Below are positions 60,849 to 64,000 of a DNA stretch of 64,000 nucleotides, one piece after another. The number at the start of each line of letters is the position of its first letter. Positions within the stretch are counted from its first letter, which is position 1. The notes under the pieces were generated by a model. That model was not told where the DNA came from. It did not search any database and saw nothing but the letters and a program-made list of their open reading frames with translations. Source of the stretch: Alphaproteobacteria bacterium (GTDB taxonomy: Bacteria; Pseudomonadota; Alphaproteobacteria; UBA7887); contig CBDCGL010000011.1 of the NCBI GenBank assembly GCA_965216755.1, positions 2,400,001 through 2,464,000 of the forward strand, read 5' to 3'. The translations under genes and the position numbers were made by a program.

Positions 60849-62294
60849 TCATCTTCCCTCGCCTTTCAGGATGGCGATCGCCGCGTCGATGCCTCCGTCA
60901 ACGCCGTTTTGAAGATCATCCACTGACAGAAATGGCGTCACGACGTCGGGCGGAATGCCGACCGCTTCGAACACTTCGCCGTCTGGCCCGGCATAGATTT
61001 CGTTGGACAGGCTGACCAGCCAACCGTTTGGCAATGACCGATACAGCTCGTCCGAAAAAATGCCATTGGTCGGCTCTCCGACCAAAGTGACCTGCGGCAA
61101 AGACCGCATGGCAAGCGCGAATATCTCCGCGGCGCTTGCCGTTTCCGCGCTGACCAAGACAACAACGGGGCCCTGATAGCGTGGTCCGCGTGCGGGGCTA
61201 AGAACAAGATCGTGCCGTGTGGTCTCGCCTCCCTTGTCGTGCGGACGCTTCGACCCAAAGACGCGTGTCCGGTCGGCAAACCGACTGGCAATGGCAAGCG
61301 CCACGGCATCGTGGCCGCCGCCGTTGAGGCGCACGTCGACAATCATGCCTGGCAAGTGTCCAACATCGGCCAACATTTCGTTCAGCACGGGTTCAAGAGC
61401 CGCCAGGTCATCGGCTGAAGTGTGTGCCCAATAGTCGAGGTCAGACATGCTGTCGACACGGAAATAGGCCGTCGATCCTTCGATCGCGCCCCACATAACT
61501 TGCGCGTCGAGCGCATGTTCGAGCCGACCGTTCAGATAGTCGTTTTTCAGCACTTTCTGATACAGCGCATATTGTTTTTTGAGATACGCGTCCGGGTTAC
61601 AGTCTCCTTCCAAGCGGTCGCGACAAGCTGCGACAAGCCTGCTGGAAAGCGGCGATGCAACCGACACAACATCCTGGTCATCGATGTACAAAGCCACGTG
61701 CGCGTCGCCGAGCCGTTCCAACATTTCGTCAAGCACATGGCCAAGTTCTCGTCTTGTCGAGCCTTCGCCGACGCGAGGGCGGAACTCGGCGTAGATCGCC
61801 TGCCAATCAACATTACGTTCGGGAAAAAACGCGTAGTGTTGATCGAACGTCTGCCACAGAACCTCAAAATTCAGTACCGGATCGTCTGTAGGCCGCGTCA
61901 AGCCTGTCGGGCACACGCGGTCGAAACCGCCATCGTCCGCCGACACAAATGTAATCGGCGCCAAAGTGCCATCGTTGCGAACTTCGAATATTCGCGTTTC
62001 CCCATTCTGGCGTAACGCAAGGTCAGCAGGAAGTCCGTCAGAGTCGTATTCGCCACTCAGCAGACAACTCACCGGTGTCCGTTCTATCAATCTGGCTTTA
62101 TCCGGCGTAATTTCCGCAACCAAGCCGTAGCCTTGGGATTGCCACAGGCCGATCAGTTCGTCCGCTATCGGTTCGCTTGCGTCGCAACCACTTGCGATGG
62201 CCGATGAGGACATCACGAACCATATCGCTTTGAGACCATGCAACCGGCATGCTCGCCGTGTGGATTGACCGCCTTGTTCGCCCCGTATGGTCAT
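60849..62294 (-). CDS. S41-family peptidase, probable lipoprotein
   Basis: FEVLW..FD.HYAFF, DVRLNGGG, TASAAE, VGEPTNG; ASGC lipobox-like; GGGAG RBS. Confidence 0.85.
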   Translation of the reverse strand: MTIRGEQGGQSTRRACRLHGLKAIWFVMSSSAIASGCDASEPIADELIGLWQSQGYGLVAEITPDKARLIERTPVSCLLSGEYDSDGLPADLALRQNGETRIFEVRNDGTLAPITFVSADDGGFDRVCPTGLTRPTDDPVLNFEVLWQTFDQHYAFFPERNVDWQAIYAEFRPRVGEGSTRRELGHVLDEMLERLGDAHVALYIDDQDVVSVASPLSSRLVAACRDRLEGDCNPDAYLKKQYALYQKVLKNDYLNGRLEHALDAQVMWGAIEGSTAYFRVDSMSDLDYWAHTSADDLAALEPVLNEMLADVGHLPGMIVDVRLNGGGHDAVALAIASRFADRTRVFGSKRPHDKGGETTRHDLVLSPARGPRYQGPVVVLVSAETASAAEIFALAMRSLPQVTLVGEPTNGIFSDELYRSLPNGWLVSLSNEIYAGPDGEVFEAVGIPPDVVTPFLSVDDLQNGVDGGIDAAIAILKGEGR

Positions 62295-62389
62295 GGATAC
62301 TCCCACGAATTTGCTGAACCTCATCTGGTGGGCTACACGCACCCCAGCGACGCCCATGGCGCCGCAAAGGATACGCAAGGAACGGATTG

Positions 62390-64000
62390 TCAGATCGCTT
62401 TGGCCGGGTTGCCGAGCCAGTGCGCGTTCGAATCGACTGTCTCGCCCTTCATCAAAAACGAATCCGCGGCCAATATGGCGTTGTCACCCATGGTGACCCC
62501 ATAATGCGCGAACGCGTTGATACCCAGCGTACAGCCTTTGCCAATCTTGATATGATCGGACTTGAACACGCCTTCTTCAAGGGAATGCGACTGCAACGTG
62601 CTTTCCTCATTCAGCGTGCAATAGTCGCCAATCACGGCCAGTGTTTTCTCGGTCGGCATGCAGCCGTCGTCGAAGACCATCTTTCCGACCCGGACACCCA
62701 ACAGCCGCGAAATCACACTTTTGAACGGTGTCCCAGTAAACAAAGATTGCAAGGGCGTGTCGGCGACTTTCCAGTGACGTTCGACCAGCCAGTAGCGGTC
62801 ATCATAAATGGTACATGTCAAGGGACGCAGTCTCCTAAATCCGAGACTGCACCATTCGAGTCCGACAAAATAGCCAATGGTCAAGGCGAACCCGGCGATA
62901 AAACCGACGACCAGCGACGCGAGTCCGAAGTCGTTGTAGAGCATCAGCGCGGTGAGGCCAAGATACATAGTAAGGTAGGAAAACAGCCATTTGCCGAGCA
63001 ACCAAAGCCCCATGGTTCGAATGTTATGGCTGTTCTTCTTGCGCAACTGGCTGTCACGCTCGCCGTCATCGACATTTGACATCTGTTGGTCACGCAGCGT
63101 CGCCCGCGGGATTTCAAAGCTCGGTGACCCGAGCAGGCCGACACCTTCACGCACCGGACCGTCGATCGGGATCATGACCTTGGTCGCCAACAAACAGTTG
63201 TTGCCGGTTTTGCTTTCCGATGGATAAAAGATTGCATTGCCCAAGTAATTATGATCACCGATAACGGTCTTCGAGACTTTGAAAGACGACGTCGAGAGTT
63301 GCGCATTCATCATCGTCAGCCCGTCGGAGACCATCGTGCCGGTCCCGATGTGGCACAGCAGCGGATTGTCGTGTTGCTGCATGGTGCCGAAATTGGAACC
63401 GGTTTGGATGACTTTCGCCAAGTCGTAGCCGATGAACCGCAAGTAACGCGTGATATACGAGCTGTCGCCAAACAGGTCATTGTAGAACTTCACGTTACTG
63501 ACCGCGTGGATGTATTGGAAGATAAGGTAACGGATCCCGTAGATCACGTAGGTCCTGCCCTCCTTCATGAACAAGTTGGCGAGTCGAGGCAACACGCCCG
63601 CAAATATCAGGCCAAGAGGAATGCTGAGCGCGAACACCCCGAAATGCACGGCCGGCAAGTATTGCGTGATGGGGCGCCAGTATGTGGCCAGAAGCGTGGA
63701 GAACCGCGCTAAGGCGTCGCCCTCGCCGAACAAGAACGGCAGAAAGTGAACCATGGCGAGCAACGGCAGCGGCAACACGATGAAATAACCGCTGATGATC
63801 AGGTATGCCGAATAGATGACACGCCGCAAAGTGCCGCAGTTTTTGGTTTCCATTTGGCAGAAATCGGTGTCCGTCTCTTCCGCCGGGGAGCCGTGATAGC
63901 GTTTCCCGGCCGGGACAACTTGACCCGGCTGCAATGAAGACACATGAGCCAGCTGGGTGTTGTCCTCCATAGCGGAATTGATGTCGATGATCGAGGCTTC
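62390..64000 (-). CDS. Pls/PosA-family NRPS-like synthetase, C-terminal membrane/beta-helix region (5' end outside window)
   Basis: TM helices alternating with hexapeptide repeats; QTGSNFG, LLGSP.FEIPR, QSHSLEEGVFKSD, W.GNPA. Confidence 0.8.
   Translation of the reverse strand, partial: EASIIDINSAMEDNTQLAHVSSLQPGQVVPAGKRYHGSPAEETDTDFCQMETKNCGTLRRVIYSAYLIISGYFIVLPLPLLAMVHFLPFLFGEGDALARFSTLLATYWRPITQYLPAVHFGVFALSIPLGLIFAGVLPRLANLFMKEGRTYVIYGIRYLIFQYIHAVSNVKFYNDLFGDSSYITRYLRFIGYDLAKVIQTGSNFGTMQQHDNPLLCHIGTGTMVSDGLTMMNAQLSTSSFKVSKTVIGDHNYLGNAIFYPSESKTGNNCLLATKVMIPIDGPVREGVGLLGSPSFEIPRATLRDQQMSNVDDGERDSQLRKKNSHNIRTMGLWLLGKWLFSYLTMYLGLTALMLYNDFGLASLVVGFIAGFALTIGYFVGLEWCSLGFRRLRPLTCTIYDDRYWLVERHWKVADTPLQSLFTGTPFKSVISRLLGVRVGKMVFDDGCMPTEKTLAVIGDYCTLNEESTLQSHSLEEGVFKSDHIKIGKGCTLGINAFAHYGVTMGDNAILAADSFLMKGETVDSNAHWLGNPAKAI

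Overview
GC-rich alphaproteobacterial (Rhodospirillales-like, inferred from gene content) chromosome segment. Bases 1-10.9 kb are core genes: serA, hisZ, purA, a kinase-like protein, rpoH, an RluD-like synthase, an MPN peptidase and a threonine aldolase. tRNA-Glu(CTC) at 10992-11067 is the target of a well-delimited ~14.5 kb integrated element (17-bp attL/attR, paired arm-type repeats at both ends). It has the layout of a phage satellite (PICI-like): tyrosine integrase, strong promoter plus an atypical tRNA-like RNA, HTH/excisionase, Prim-Pol/helicase, iteron origin, serine resolvase, TerS-like gene, no recognisable capsid, portal or tail genes, and defence-type cargo (unknown 366-aa gene, AbiV-like, TIM-barrel/Xre/RES operon). 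Beyond attR lies an older accessory tract: Panacea + membrane protein + RES protein, IS66/IS3/integrase remnants, a MITE, a cold-shock/desaturase module, a mer remnant, catabolic enzymes and a PQQ dehydrogenase. Near the right end is a four-gene operon encoding two secreted beta-repeat proteins, a small secreted Cys protein and a CsgG/HfaB-like lipoprotein fused to PG-binding and DUF4384-like domains. This is the best candidate for an undescribed fibre/amyloid export system. All family calls come from motif recognition by eye; no searches were run.
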